A stretch of 64,000 nt of DNA from Cirrosporium novae-zelandiae (GCA_026023565.1 JAPETS010000022.1:62001-126000); one strand, 5' to 3'; shown: positions 26,159 through 38,501, numbered from the stretch's first letter. Notes: generated by a model not told the origin, from the sequence alone. Numbers and translations are program-made.

Positions 26159-27916
26159 ATGGGTAATCAACAATCAAAGAAGGGGGATGACTCAAAATCG
26201 TCTGCAAACTCTGCGGATAAGTCAAACTCAGATAACTTGCCATCATTTAGTAGATCGGACACAAAAGACTCCATGCGCTCCATACGAGGCTCGATCCGAT
26301 CGAAGATCCCGGGCAACAATAAAACAGACAGCCCACGAGCATCTGGTTCAGCACTGGCATCCATTGATACCAATCATATTGGAAATGCGGATAAGTCAGA
26401 CGCAGGGTCAGTAAAGTCTGCGACTAATGGCAGATCAGGTGTCCCCAGATCTGGTCGTGCACCATCTACTTCATCTGTTGGATCTGCTACCTCAGCGGCC
26501 ATCGTAGCTATGACATCTCCACTATCTCCAGATTCCCCCCGAACCCAGTCTCCTCCGCCTTCTCCAACACAGTCTTCCTCGCTGGGTCGTGGACACAAAT
26601 CTGTTAATAAAGCCCAGCAACGTGGAGAAGTCGGGCATGTCTCGGACACTCCACCTACTGGGTCTCTTCACCAGTCACACTTACAGCAGGCTGGGGATTC
26701 CATTCTCGTGACAAGGGAAAATGCAATAAATCCACGGGCCCCGGATACCCCACCAACTACGGGCGAAGATGGTGTTCTCGGGAGTTCTCCCGCCATGGGA
26801 CTTCCCGCCTTGAAATCCATTGATTTAGATGATATGATAACCAGATTGTTGGATGCTGCCTATAGCGCAAAGGTCACAAAAGCCGTATGCCTAAAGAATG
26901 CCGAGATAACAGCTATATGCCAGGCAGTGCGAGAGATTTTTTTGTCGCAGCCTGCTTTGCTTGAGCTACAGGCACCCGTCAAAATTGTTGGTGATGTTCA
27001 TGGTCAATACACAGACTTGATCCGTCTATTCGAGATGTGTGGTTTCCCGCCTGCTGCAAACTATCTATTTCTAGGGGATTATGTGGACAGAGGTAAACAA
27101 AGCCTCGAAACAATTTTGTTGCTTTTTTGCTATAAACTCAAGTTCCCTGAGAATTTCTTTCTTCTCCGAGGTAACCATGAATGTGCCAACGTAACAAGAG
27201 TATATGGATTCTATGATGAGTGCAAAAGACGATGCAATATCAAGATTTGGAAGACCTTTGTCGACACGTTCAACTGCCTTCCTATAGCTTCCATAGTTGC
27301 TGGCAAGATTTTCTGTGTTCACGGTGGTCTATCGCCAAGTTTGTCGCACATGGATGATATACGGCAAATTGCAAGGCCCACTGATGTTCCAGATTATGGA
27401 TTGTTAAACGATCTGCTATGGAGTGATCCCGCGGATTTAGAGGATACGGATTGGGAAGCTAATGAACGAGGTGTTAGCTATTGTTTTGGCAAGAAAGTCA
27501 TTATGGATTTTCTACAGAGACATGATTTCGACTTAGTGTGCAGAGCTCATATGGTTGTAGAAGATGGCTATGAGTTTTTCAATGATCGAATACTAGTGAC
27601 TGTATTCTCAGCACCAAATGTAAGTTCTATGATTCCCTTGATACGGTTGGAGAAGCTCATTATGATGTAGTATTGTGGCGAATTTGATAATTGGGGAGCG
27701 GTCATGTCTGTATCTGGTGAACTGCTTTGCAGCTTTGAACTGCTGAAACCTCTGGATTCTAGTGCGTTGAAAAGCCATATCAAGAAGGGACGTAACAAGC
27801 GGAACAGCATGCTGAACAGCCCAGTAAGCTTTTGAATCCTGCCATAATCTAACATATTATGGACATATACTTATATAATATTCTAGCCTGCTCATCACTC
27901 CGCACAGAGCTATTAG
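26159..27916 (+). CDS. PPZ1: Ser/Thr protein phosphatase Z (PP1-like); introns 27620..27670 and 27824..27886
   Basis: Myristoylatable MGNQQS start, Ser-rich N-terminus, GDVHG, GDYVDRG, RGNHE and SAPN|YCGEFDN. The last micro-exon reads PAHHSAQSY*. Confidence 0.95.
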
Positions 27917-28693
27917 ACTGACCGTGGATGACCTAAAAGCAAGTCCCAGCTAAAGAAAAAGGTAAAAAAGAAAGTCGAATTCAGATACAACAAACTCTCG
28001 AGGTTTTCTGGGTGAAAACGATTATCGCCGTGGCATATCGGTGAAGCACGTTTCGCAAAAATATGCGGACAGCAATGACATTTGATCGTAGGGCTTGTCG
28101 AGAGGATTGAGGATTCTATGTTGCTCATGCGTGAGTCAACATTCATGCCAGACACCCAAGAGTCGCATGGCTTGACTAAGATAGTTTCAGATGGAACGGA
28201 TGGATACAGATTGGCATCAGGATCGAGGCGCTAGCAGGGTCGCTTCAGACTTACAGCATTTAATGCACGCCTGGTAATGAGATCATGCGTGGATGGAGTT
28301 CATTTGTGTTACGGTTGAATTTGCAGCTACTTTCGAGAGGCTGGGGGGGATTATGATGTTCTACATCAGTTACGTTCACAGGGTTTGGAACTTTTGTATG
28401 CATAAGAAAAGCAGAAAGTTGTACTAGTAGAAACAGCACAATCAAATAATTACTTACTCATCACTTTCACTTCCGATATCATGAGGACCAAAAAGGCTTA
28501 GTGTGCCATCACGTGAATATCAAACCTTAACTAGTTCCCAGAGTGGACTTGACTAATTATAATTAGACTAGACGGAATTCACGTCATTAAACTTGAAAGT
28601 TTGTTGTTGGAGCCTAGAAGTCTATTTCGATGATCCATCAACTCATCATCCAAAGGATAACGAGTTACTCTGTGTCTACTCCCATATCTCATT

Positions 28694-31600
28694 ATGGGTG
28701 TGACAGGCCTTTGGACCGTCGTTCAACCTTGCGCCCGGCCCATCAAACTTGAGACTCTCAACAAGAAACGCCTTGCAGTTGATGCGTCGATCTGGATCTA
28801 TCAATTTCTGAAGGCCGTACGTGATCAGGAGGGCAATGCTCTGCATAATTCACATGTCGTTGGCTTTTTCCGTCGAATATGCAAGCTCCTCTTCTTCGGT
28901 ATTAAACCTGTTTTCGTCTTCGATGGGGGTGCACCTGCGCTCAAAAGGCAAACTATCAGTAACCGCAAAGCTAGAAGAGAGGGGAGGAGAGAAGATGCTG
29001 TGAGGACTGCAGGAAAACTTTTGGCTGTGCAGATACAGAGAAGGGCAGAAGAAGAAGAGAGGAAGAGACGAGAAGAAAGAGGAAGACCGAGTGTTCAAGT
29101 GGAGGAGGAAGAGCTACCTGAAAATCTTGTTTACGTGGAAGAACTTCAGATGAATGCACAAGAGAGACAACAGAACCGACGTTTCAAGAAGAAAGATCAA
29201 TATCACCTCCCTGATCTTGATGTATCTTTGGAGGATATGGGAGCCCCCAACGACCCAAGGATCATGACCCGCGAAGAGCTGGAAGAATATGCAAAACAGT
29301 TCAATGCTGGAGAGGATATAAACCTCTACGATTTTTCCAAGATCGATTTCGATAGTCCGTTCTTTGTTAGCCTGCCAGCTACGGACCGGTATAATATCCT
29401 TAACGCCGCTCGACTACGAAGTAGACTTAGAATGGGTTACTCCAAAGATCAACTAGATATAATGTTTCCAGACCGCATGGCGTTTTCGAGGTTTCAAATC
29501 GAGCGTGTTAAAGAAAGGAATGAGCTTACACAACGATTGATGAATCTGAATGGCATGAATGGTCAGGACGGGACATTTAATGGGGTAAACCGAGTTGCAG
29601 GTGAAAAGGGTAAGGAGTATATTCTAGTGAAAAATGATGGTGTTGAAGGTGGATGGGCATTGGGTGTCGTCAGCAATACAGATGAAGGACAACAAAACAA
29701 GCCGATTGACGTTGACGAATGGTTTAATAAGGATAAGGTCGAGGAAAACGCTGACGAAGATGAATGGGAAGATGAAGAATTTGAGGATGTACCTATAGAA
29801 GGCCTCAACAGATTACCTAAAGCACAAAAGATGCAAAGACGTCCTCCAAATAGCATGGACTACCAGACTAAAGAAATCTTGAAACAGCGTCAAGATCTTT
29901 ATGAATTCCGCCAGGGAACAGCTAGAAAGAGGGACAAGGGTGCTTCTGAGCCAGCCGAGCAGATCTCAGACGCACTCTTTTTCTCAGACCAGGAGGACGA
30001 GCAATGGGAATATTTAGCTCAGGAAAACGCCGAAAACCTTCCCCAGGACAATAATTCGATCTCCGATGACGAAGACGAAGATTTGCGTCGTGCTATCGCA
30101 ATGTCCCTTGAACAGTTAGATGATAATGACATACCTAAATCTCAGCCTTTAGAACAGGTCCAAGAGCCAATCAAAATAAATCCTGCCATTAACAAGAAAA
30201 AAGTCCAAGATGATCGAGATGGTAATGCTAATGATAGCGATGGCATGGATTTCGAAGCCTTTCTGAAGGAAGCAAGAAGTTCGAAATATCAACTGAATAG
30301 AGGACCGGAGCACTTGCATTTTCCTCAACCAGAGACTAAATCTGTAATAAAGCCAACCATTGAAAGTACTGCGCCAGAACAATTTCAACCGATCAAATCC
30401 CTCTTTAGTGGGCCTCTGCCGTTCGAGTCTATAGATCTAGGCGAGTCTTTCCTAGGCAAGAAGAAGGCAAGGAGACAGAAACTAGACATGGAAGCTGGGG
30501 AGTTCGAGAAAGATGATGATGAGAGTACAAAAGAAAAAGAGCCTGTTCCTCCCTGGTTTTCTGGTGGTATTCAAGATCATCGAGAAGACTTCGCGAGATT
30601 AAATGAGCAAGAAATCAAAGAAGCTAGAGCAGGACAAATAGCACAAGAAGATCGAAGGGAAGGAATTCTCCGACAAAATAAAACTTGTGAAGTTATTGAC
30701 CTTGATGGTATTCAAATCCGATCCGATGAAGAGAAAGATATCCATGATCAAATGGAGGACATTAACCCTGTGGATTCAGAGAGCCGAATGACTGATAAGG
30801 CAGATTTGACTTATGCCGAACCTCCAAAATCGTCATCTAAGCCCCCTCAATCGAATAGAGAGCGAAATATTACACATGATCTTGAGGTGATTAAGATACC
30901 AAGTACGAAGTATAGGGATCAAAATGGCCCTGAAGACGAAGAGATATACGAATGGGAAGATAGCGATCAAGAAAACGATATTCCTAAATCCAAAAAAGTA
31001 GAGGAGCCTGTGGCAGCTAGTGAGATAAAAGAACCATCAAATTCAAAATCTTCATCTCCTCTATTTGAGGATGTGGACATGTCAGATACACACACCCTCA
31101 TGGCTCAACCAACAGTAGATAGAGATCAACAGCCCATACCTGAATCTATCCAGCTCGAAGACGACTTCGCCCAACCTCCTCTCCGGGACGAAATGCGCGA
31201 CGACGAACCCATATATTCCGATCCCGAAGACGAAGATCTTCTCCGTGCCTTAGCCCTCGAAGCCGAAGAACATGCCCGCTTTGCCTCGACCCTTAACTCC
31301 AAAACAGTCCTCGAAAACCAGGCCGACTATGAGCGAGAACTCAAACAACTCCGCAACCAGCAAAAGCGCGACCGTCGTGACGCCGATGAGGTCTCACACA
31401 TTATGATCAGCGAGTGCCAGCAACTTCTCACGCTTTTTGGATTACCCTACATCACAGCGCCTATGGAGGCCGAAGCCCAATGTGCGGAGCTGGTGAGATT
31501 GGGTCTGGTGGACGGAATCGTGACGGATGACAGTGATGTTTTTCTTTTCGGAGGAACTAGGGTCTACAAAAACATGTTCAACCAGTCCAAATTCGTAGAA

Positions 31601-32488
31601 TGCTACCTCCTCTCCGACCTCGAAAAAGAATACTCCCTATCCCGCGACCACCTCATCAATTTCGCCCACCTCCTCGGTTCTGACTACACCGAAGGCATCC
31701 CCACTGTCGGCCCCGTCACAGCCCTCGAGATCCTCGCCGAGTTCCCCTCCCTAGACTCATTCCGCCACTGGTGGACGCCCATCCAGCAATCTCACATCCG
31801 TCCCAACCCGACCACCCCTCATTACCCCTTCTACAAAAAGTTCAAACGCAACACCACGAAACTCTTCCTCCCATCTTCCTTCCCAGACAAACGCGTCAAC
31901 ATCGCTTACGAGAACCCAGAGGTCGACTCCGACCCACAGCCATTCCAGTGGGGGATCCCGGATCTGGATGCCCTAAGAACCTTTCTGATGGTCACGGTTG
32001 GCTGGACCGGCGAAAGGACCGATGAGGTCCTGGTGCCTGTTATTAGGGATATGAATCGCAGGCAGACTGAAGGCACGCAGAGTAACATTACGAGGTTTTT
32101 TGGAGGAGGCGTTGGCGTCGGCGCTGGTGCGCCACATAGAAAAAATCGAGTCAAGAGTAAGAGGTTGGATGTGGCGTTTTCGAAATTGCAAACGAGAGCT
32201 GAGAGAGGGGGTCAACATGATAGGGAGGAGGAAGAGCATGATGATGTCACAGAAGGGGATGCCATGACGTTGTCATCGAAGGGGAAAAGAAAGAAAGCTA
32301 GAAAGGCTTCTGGGAAACGGAGGGTGCGGGTTTCATCTATGGAAAGCCAGGGCGAGGGGGACACGGATGAGGGCGAAGGTGAGGATGTGGATGCGGATGC
32401 GGATGTGAACGATCAACGACCGAAGAGGAAAAGGGCGAGGGGGAAATCGCTAAGGAAAGGGAAGAAGGGGGGGGGAGAGGATGATTAG
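28694..32488 (+). CDS. RAD2: XPG/Rad2 structure-specific endonuclease (nucleotide excision repair), intronless
   Basis: XPG-N (MGVTGLW, LAVDASIW, VFVFDGGAP), XPG-I (APMEAEAQCA, TDDSDVFLFG, LLGSDYTEG), PIP-box QSNITRFF and a basic C-terminal NLS. Confidence 0.97.
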   Translation: MGVTGLWTVVQPCARPIKLETLNKKRLAVDASIWIYQFLKAVRDQEGNALHNSHVVGFFRRICKLLFFGIKPVFVFDGGAPALKRQTISNRKARREGRREDAVRTAGKLLAVQIQRRAEEEERKRREERGRPSVQVEEEELPENLVYVEELQMNAQERQQNRRFKKKDQYHLPDLDVSLEDMGAPNDPRIMTREELEEYAKQFNAGEDINLYDFSKIDFDSPFFVSLPATDRYNILNAARLRSRLRMGYSKDQLDIMFPDRMAFSRFQIERVKERNELTQRLMNLNGMNGQDGTFNGVNRVAGEKGKEYILVKNDGVEGGWALGVVSNTDEGQQNKPIDVDEWFNKDKVEENADEDEWEDEEFEDVPIEGLNRLPKAQKMQRRPPNSMDYQTKEILKQRQDLYEFRQGTARKRDKGASEPAEQISDALFFSDQEDEQWEYLAQENAENLPQDNNSISDDEDEDLRRAIAMSLEQLDDNDIPKSQPLEQVQEPIKINPAINKKKVQDDRDGNANDSDGMDFEAFLKEARSSKYQLNRGPEHLHFPQPETKSVIKPTIESTAPEQFQPIKSLFSGPLPFESIDLGESFLGKKKARRQKLDMEAGEFEKDDDESTKEKEPVPPWFSGGIQDHREDFARLNEQEIKEARAGQIAQEDRREGILRQNKTCEVIDLDGIQIRSDEEKDIHDQMEDINPVDSESRMTDKADLTYAEPPKSSSKPPQSNRERNITHDLEVIKIPSTKYRDQNGPEDEEIYEWEDSDQENDIPKSKKVEEPVAASEIKEPSNSKSSSPLFEDVDMSDTHTLMAQPTVDRDQQPIPESIQLEDDFAQPPLRDEMRDDEPIYSDPEDEDLLRALALEAEEHARFASTLNSKTVLENQADYERELKQLRNQQKRDRRDADEVSHIMISECQQLLTLFGLPYITAPMEAEAQCAELVRLGLVDGIVTDDSDVFLFGGTRVYKNMFNQSKFVECYLLSDLEKEYSLSRDHLINFAHLLGSDYTEGIPTVGPVTALEILAEFPSLDSFRHWWTPIQQSHIRPNPTTPHYPFYKKFKRNTTKLFLPSSFPDKRVNIAYENPEVDSDPQPFQWGIPDLDALRTFLMVTVGWTGERTDEVLVPVIRDMNRRQTEGTQSNITRFFGGGVGVGAGAPHRKNRVKSKRLDVAFSKLQTRAERGGQHDREEEEHDDVTEGDAMTLSSKGKRKKARKASGKRRVRVSSMESQGEGDTDEGEGEDVDADADVNDQRPKRKRARGKSLRKGKKGGGEDD

Positions 32489-33005
32489 TTAATTAATTAA
32501 ATAGAGTGGTCTGTCTGTTTTGTGTATGTGTATGTGTAGATTAGGAGAGGAGAGATAAATACCCAGAATATGATAGAGATTATAAATAAATTAATTAATG
32601 AATGATTTATATTTCCTCTGCTTCTTTTTTGTTTTGGGATGGATGGATAGGACAGGTAGATATAGATTTGAGACCTTTTTTTTACTTTTCTTTGTTGTTG
32701 ATTGTCAAGTTTTTAGAAAAGAGAGAAATGCTTGACATGTGTATCAAGCTTAATTATTCGCTTTTTTTTATATGCAGGACAAGGTATATACATATCTTCC
32801 CCTCTTATTTCATATGATACACCCCCACCTCACCCCCATCCTCCTTAGGGGTCATACCTCTTCGCCTATTTTCACCCCGCTTTTAAACTAACCGTGCCAA
32901 CTACCTGTCTACTCATATCATTAAAAAAAACATAATCGACATATATCCATAACCCCCCCTTCCTATTTCCATCATCCAAACTCAAACTCAAACTCAAACC
33001 AAAAC

Positions 33006-33483
33006 TCACCCAATGTACCAATAAACATCTTCGCCGCACTTAACATGTTGACAGACACACTTTTCATATCGAGATGATTGTTTTCCGAGCTGGATTGGGG
33101 GTTTGGATCGGGCTTTGCAGCAGGGACAGGTTGGATTTTCCGGGGTGGTGGGAGGAGGGTTGTATGAGGTTAGTTTTGTTTTGAGCTGAGCCGTGTGGTG
33201 AGTTCGGCTTGGGCAGGGTGTATCAGGGGGCTGTGAGCCATCTGAGGCGTAGGGTGAAGATGTACGATGAGGTGGATTATGGGACCTTGATTCCGCGGAA
33301 AGAGAGGCTTGCCAAAGGCTGCGTTGGATTGCGACGGGTGTGGCTTCCCGTGAGAATATTCTAGCAAAGTGTGGCAAGGGGAGTGATGATGGGATAATAT
33401 CGTTTCTGTTTTGGTTTTGGTTTTTTCGTCTAGGTTTTGGTTTTGTGATTGCACCTGCTTTGGTGATTCGTGCAGACCTGCCG

Positions 33484-33514
<31 letters not shown>

Positions 33515-36500
33515 GGTTTGGAGATTCTAGCTGGGACGAGGAGACGTCTACGGAGATGGTATATTTCGTAGATCGGCCTTCGGCGTCAACGTCCGAGAAT
33601 TCGGAGATGCTTCTCCACTCGATTGGTTTTCTTGTAGGGACCGTTGCGGGTTGTCTGGATAGAGTTCGAGAATGAGGAGGGCTAGTGTCGACAAAATATG
33701 GGGATATGCTGGATGCTGAGTCGGTTGTAGTCTGAGAAGAAGATAAATTAGGGTCCGTGATATTTTGGACGCTCGAGTGACGTTCTGGCAAGTCATTTTT
33801 TGGGGCAGGAAGAGATGTTGAGCTTGAAGAGTGAGATTCTTGACCTTTATGGTGGTATACATTGTGTGGGGGAGTTCCAAATGGAAGATCTAGAAGCAGG
33901 GCCATTTCTCGAATTCTGGATCTGTCATCCGCTGGGTTCATTCTTTTGAAAGAGGAATGGTTGAGTGGGTTTGTAGGTGGAAGTTCGGGTCGAATGGCGT
34001 CAGAAGAAGGCTTGAGGTCATGATTGCTATGAGGAACAGCGGACAAAGAGTTGCGATCCTGATAATCATGAGTACCAATGCCAAGAATGGATTCTAGATC
34101 TTCTATGAAGCTGAAAGGCACATCTCCAGAAACAGACTGCCTATCCGCTGTTCCCCTATGCTCTTGTGTCTTTTTTTCTTCACCTTCATCAATCTCCATC
34201 TCCATGTCTTCATACTCGTACTCATGATTGTTGGCTATAACAGGTGCTGTATTTTTAAATGTATTGTGCGTCTTGACAGGTGAACCATCATTTGAGCTAA
34301 AAACATCCTTAAATTCTGGATCTGTATATTGGTCGTAGTCTGTGACTTCGATATCAAGTTTTGGGGTGAGCCCCAGCCCCAAAGATTCGTTCAAACCCCC
34401 CACTTCTGGCTTCTTACAACGATGCGTTTCACAATGATGTCCATCATCTCCTCCATCTTGTATATAGACCTGAATACCCTTTGTAGAAGTATTTGCCCAT
34501 CTCCTATCTTCATTTTGACCAATAGCTTTACCTTCTTTACTCCTCACCGTCGTACTTGCATTTTCTACCTGTTGGACTTCAGCCGATTCCTGCGCAGCTT
34601 CATCACTTTCAAGTATCTCATTATGCCAGCGGTCAAGTGTTTCACGACGGGTACCTGAATTTGCAGTCAAGCATGATCGGCGAAGTCTAGAGGGTTCTGT
34701 GGTTTTTAAATTGCTGTGCAAAATTGAACGAAGATGACTGTGTGAAGGAGCTGGTCTAATGCTAATATTCATGTTTGGGTTAAGACATGAGTAAGGTTTA
34801 GTTGACAGTGGTCTTATTGAGTTTGTTGGGTCAGGATAAATTGGAGGCGTCTTGATGGAGTGTGTGACGCGTTCTAGGCTAGTAAAAGACGCGTTGCTGT
34901 CCTTTTCTGTTGATGTTGGTGGGGAATTGTAAGTCTGGGCTTGACAATTCAAAGGCTTCTCTTGAGTCTCGCGAAATATAAAGCATGTGCTATATTTGCT
35001 AGAGCTAGGGGTATTGACCTGAATGTCTACACTCGATTTTGTTTGTAACTCAGAACATGTACCCAAAGTAGCTCGAGCATTATCTTGGGTTTGGGGAGTG
35101 CTTTTTTCGATATACCCGTTTCTATCTGTCCTATTGTCCTTAACAAATTGTCCTAAAGACCTTGGAACTGGATACCTTGAGACCGTAGTTGGCTTATCAC
35201 GCTTCTGTAAATAGCCAACAGCTCTAGGGGCTATCGAGCTGTTTTCAGATATACTGCTGGGGATATACTTCTGACATGGCTCACGGGATGGTATTTCGAC
35301 TCGGACAAACTCAAGAAACCGTGGAGCTCCACTTTTTATAGCATCAGTATATGTTTTTAGTTTGCATTCGTCCTTGTAACCAGAAAGTTTCCAATCATGG
35401 GCAATACTGCAACCAATGCTCTCATGCCATTTGGGGGGAACGCCAGACCATCTTAAAAGATCCCTAACGACAAGACCTGCACTCCTATCTAGAGGACCTG
35501 CATTGGCTTTTAGTGCGTTCCGTAGTTCGTATCTACAATATTTAGTATTTTTGATCCGCTCCCACTGTAGGAGGTCGGCGACATCCTGATAAAGCCTTCT
35601 ATCCTTTCTCAATTCTTGAAAGTTTATTGTTCCCAGCACCGCTTGCCTTTGGACCTCTCCCCAGACCAGCCATTCTGGCCTGGCATTATATCCAGTTGGT
35701 AGAGAGATGCCATTAGTTCGAAGTAACTCAGGACCACTCCATGTATGTTGTGTTCTTCTGATTAAAGCAAGGTCCAAGATAGCTATACTAGGGTTTTCAA
35801 CTTGCCGAAAGGCTCTGTGTATAGCCGGTACCAGGTTCGTCGATAATGAAATGAACGGTGTCGGTGTTCGGTTTAACAGTGTCATATGGTCGTATACCAT
35901 TGTACGGCGTGATTCCTGAGTGGTAGCGATTGGGGGAATAACGTTATGAACATTTTGATACAACCCAGCCCGAAACCCTAATGGACTATTATGGCCAGCA
36001 CTCCCTCCGTGATACATCCTGAATGCGATAGGATGTGTTATTCCTCGAGACCTAGTTATGGTATCTGGGGAAGTGTTCAATCCAAGGGTTTCCTGGACTG
36101 TATTCATGGGCCGGGGAGTAGCTGGGGTCCTTTGTGCGCTAGGCTCATTTTGACATGGTGATTGTATAATAACAGCCAATTTCTCGGAAATTCGGCCCCT
36201 GGTTGGTCCTTGTGTACATTGTCTTTTGCTCTGAGATATTAGGGGCAAGTTTTCATTTTCGTATTCAGATAGAGCCGCTTGAATGTCTTCAAGAACGCCT
36301 TGAGCGTAAGAATTTCTGGTTCGTTTTTGCCTCTTGTTGTGTCCTCCATACTCTTCAAGATCTTCTTGATTTTTTTCAAGTCTAATCCCCAACTGTTGTG
36401 AGACGTCATCAATCTTTTTGTACAAATAAGGCCATTTATCAAGGAGGTCACCAAGCATGCATCGCACACACAGTTCTTCAAATATTCCCGAGTTAACAGA

Positions 36501-36722
36501 GCCATCCTTCATGCAGTGGAAATATACCACTAAGGTTGTATACTTTATCCCAGTGACTAGTCCGCATTTATTCAAATCTTCTTCAAACATCTTAGAGAAA
36601 ATTATAGCTAGATCCTTCCAGCTGTTTTTGTAGCATCTTCTCAGAATGCAAAGCATGACTTTTTGTTTGAAGGTCCATTTGTTGATGTGCCGTTTAGGCA
36701 ACCCATCAACAAAGTCCCTCAT
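33006..36722 (-). CDS. Uncharacterised protein: Myb/HTH-like N-terminus, ADP-ribosyltransferase-like domain, long disordered tail and Cys-rich C-terminus
   Basis: Uninterrupted 1238-aa ORF containing KWT...LCILRRCY..SWKDLAIIF, IAFRMY, PFISLST, PEWLVWGEV and CPCC...CVC...C. The coding call is solid; the domain calls are inference. Confidence 0.75.
33483..33513 (-). repeat. (AAC)10 coding microsatellite giving poly-Asn
   Basis: Plus strand (GTT)10 within ORF 33006..36722. Confidence 0.9.
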
Positions 36723-37370
36723 AGTTAATCGTGGAAAAAGAAGTTAAGAGAATGAGGTGATCAGTAAGAAAATGGAAAGAATGACAGGGAAAGAGAGGTC
36801 AGGTATTGAGCATGATACTGGACAGAAATGGAATTTAGAGATGGAGAGATTAATGAGAGATGATTAAAATAGGAGCCGTATTGTCTGTACAAGCCTAGGA
36901 TAGGTGAAGATTAAGAGAAGATAGCCGAGAGAAATGGATATCGAGTGAGGGATAATTCCGAGTGCTGTAGAGTTATATCGAAACTTGCCCTAAGGCTTGG
37001 ACGTAAAGATATTTCCAACATGGTGGGTAGTGAGTGGGTAGGTTCAAGGGGACAATGCATCATGGGCGAAGGCTCTCCGAACTGGTTCAGACTCAGAATC
37101 TGTAAGAATTCTACCATGGATCTAAATATTATCAACATCTTCTTCTAGATGTCTTACCTACGTAGGTATCTAGGTAGATATAACAGTTGTGTGGATGACC
37201 AAGGAAAGATGAAAGTGAAAGAAGTTGGAGGGCAGGGGGGCGTGGGGGTTAGATATGTTACTTACATTAGGTAAGCGAGTCTTGGCAAACCCTCGAAAAT
37301 ACTTTCAAGTTGCAACAATCTTCCAGGTAGATTATTTCCTACAGATTAGCTAGTTGAGATCAATTTAGCA

Positions 37371-37721
37371 ATGGATAAATCATTTGAAGCCTGTGTTTTC
37401 CTGGCCTCCCTCCTTGGAAAGCATCTACGGGTCCACACAACCGACACCCGTATGTTCATTGGTGATTTCAAGTGTACTGATCAAGTACGGCGCCCAATAT
37501 AAATTTCAGCTTGATATGCTGATGAGGTGCAGGATTGTAATATTATCTTATCAGGAACACATGAATACCGCCATCCGTCACCTTCAGCCATAGCGAAAGC
37601 CGCGGCCGAACAGCAGCAAGGAGGCTCCTCTGAATCATTCAGACTGGATATGACAAGCCGCTACATGGGAATGGTAGTAGTTCCTGGGAAACATATTACC
37701 AAGATCGAACTCGAAGGATAG
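37371..37721 (+). CDS. MAK31: Sm-like NatC auxiliary subunit Mak31/Naa38; intron 37485..37532
   Basis: Spliced product MDKSFEACVFLASLLGKHLRVHTTDTRMFIGDFKCTDQ|DCNIILSGTHEYR...SRYMGMVVVPGKHITKIELEG carries Sm1 and Sm2 motifs of the LSMD1/Mak31 type. Confidence 0.85.
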
Positions 37722-38501
37722 CGACTTTATTAGTTGCCATCAGTGATGTAGTGGATTTGATGGATAAGGAAGGGAATACAATACAGGTACTGGGGTGGGT
37801 GTACGATAGAGACGGGAGAGATGGAAATGATGCACATGATGCTACTGTAGTGATAGATGATATGACCTCATACTTTGCTTTGATGGGAATATTGGTTTTG
37901 AACAAAATAAATGTTTTGGTAGTACACGGCAACCAGCGATGTGGTCTTTTCTCTCTCTTACATTTCCTGTATTACTCTTGAAAAATGACGTCGGGGGCTG
38001 TTATTTTCTGTTATTTTCTGTATAATTAGTGTTATTTTTCATTCCTTTCTGTACCACCTTTCAGGTACTGACTAACTATACAGTACCTACCTAGGTAGGT
38101 AATTAATGAATTTTTATCATAGACTTAAACATGTTAAGATTCATCTTCAACCTTTATCTTGCAGTAGATTCGGGATATATGTAAAGGTTAAATACATGTA
38201 ATAAATATTCTAGAAGATGTATCAAGTAGAAAACTCCCAAGCGTGCCAGGGCAAATCAGAGATCCGTTGGCTCCGTTAGTTGTGGCTTGGAGTGTTTGGG
38301 TTCCAATACTTTCAAGACAACGTCATCATAAAGCTTAGAGTCTTCCCTCATCAACAACCACATCTCCAGTTACTTTTATTAGTTGCTATTGTTTGTCGCA
38401 AATTATCCCATTCTTCTACTCCATCTATCCACCCAGTTTGTTATAGGTCATCATAAAATAACAAGACTCAGCCATTCATCAACCACTCACCAACCCTCAT
38501 C

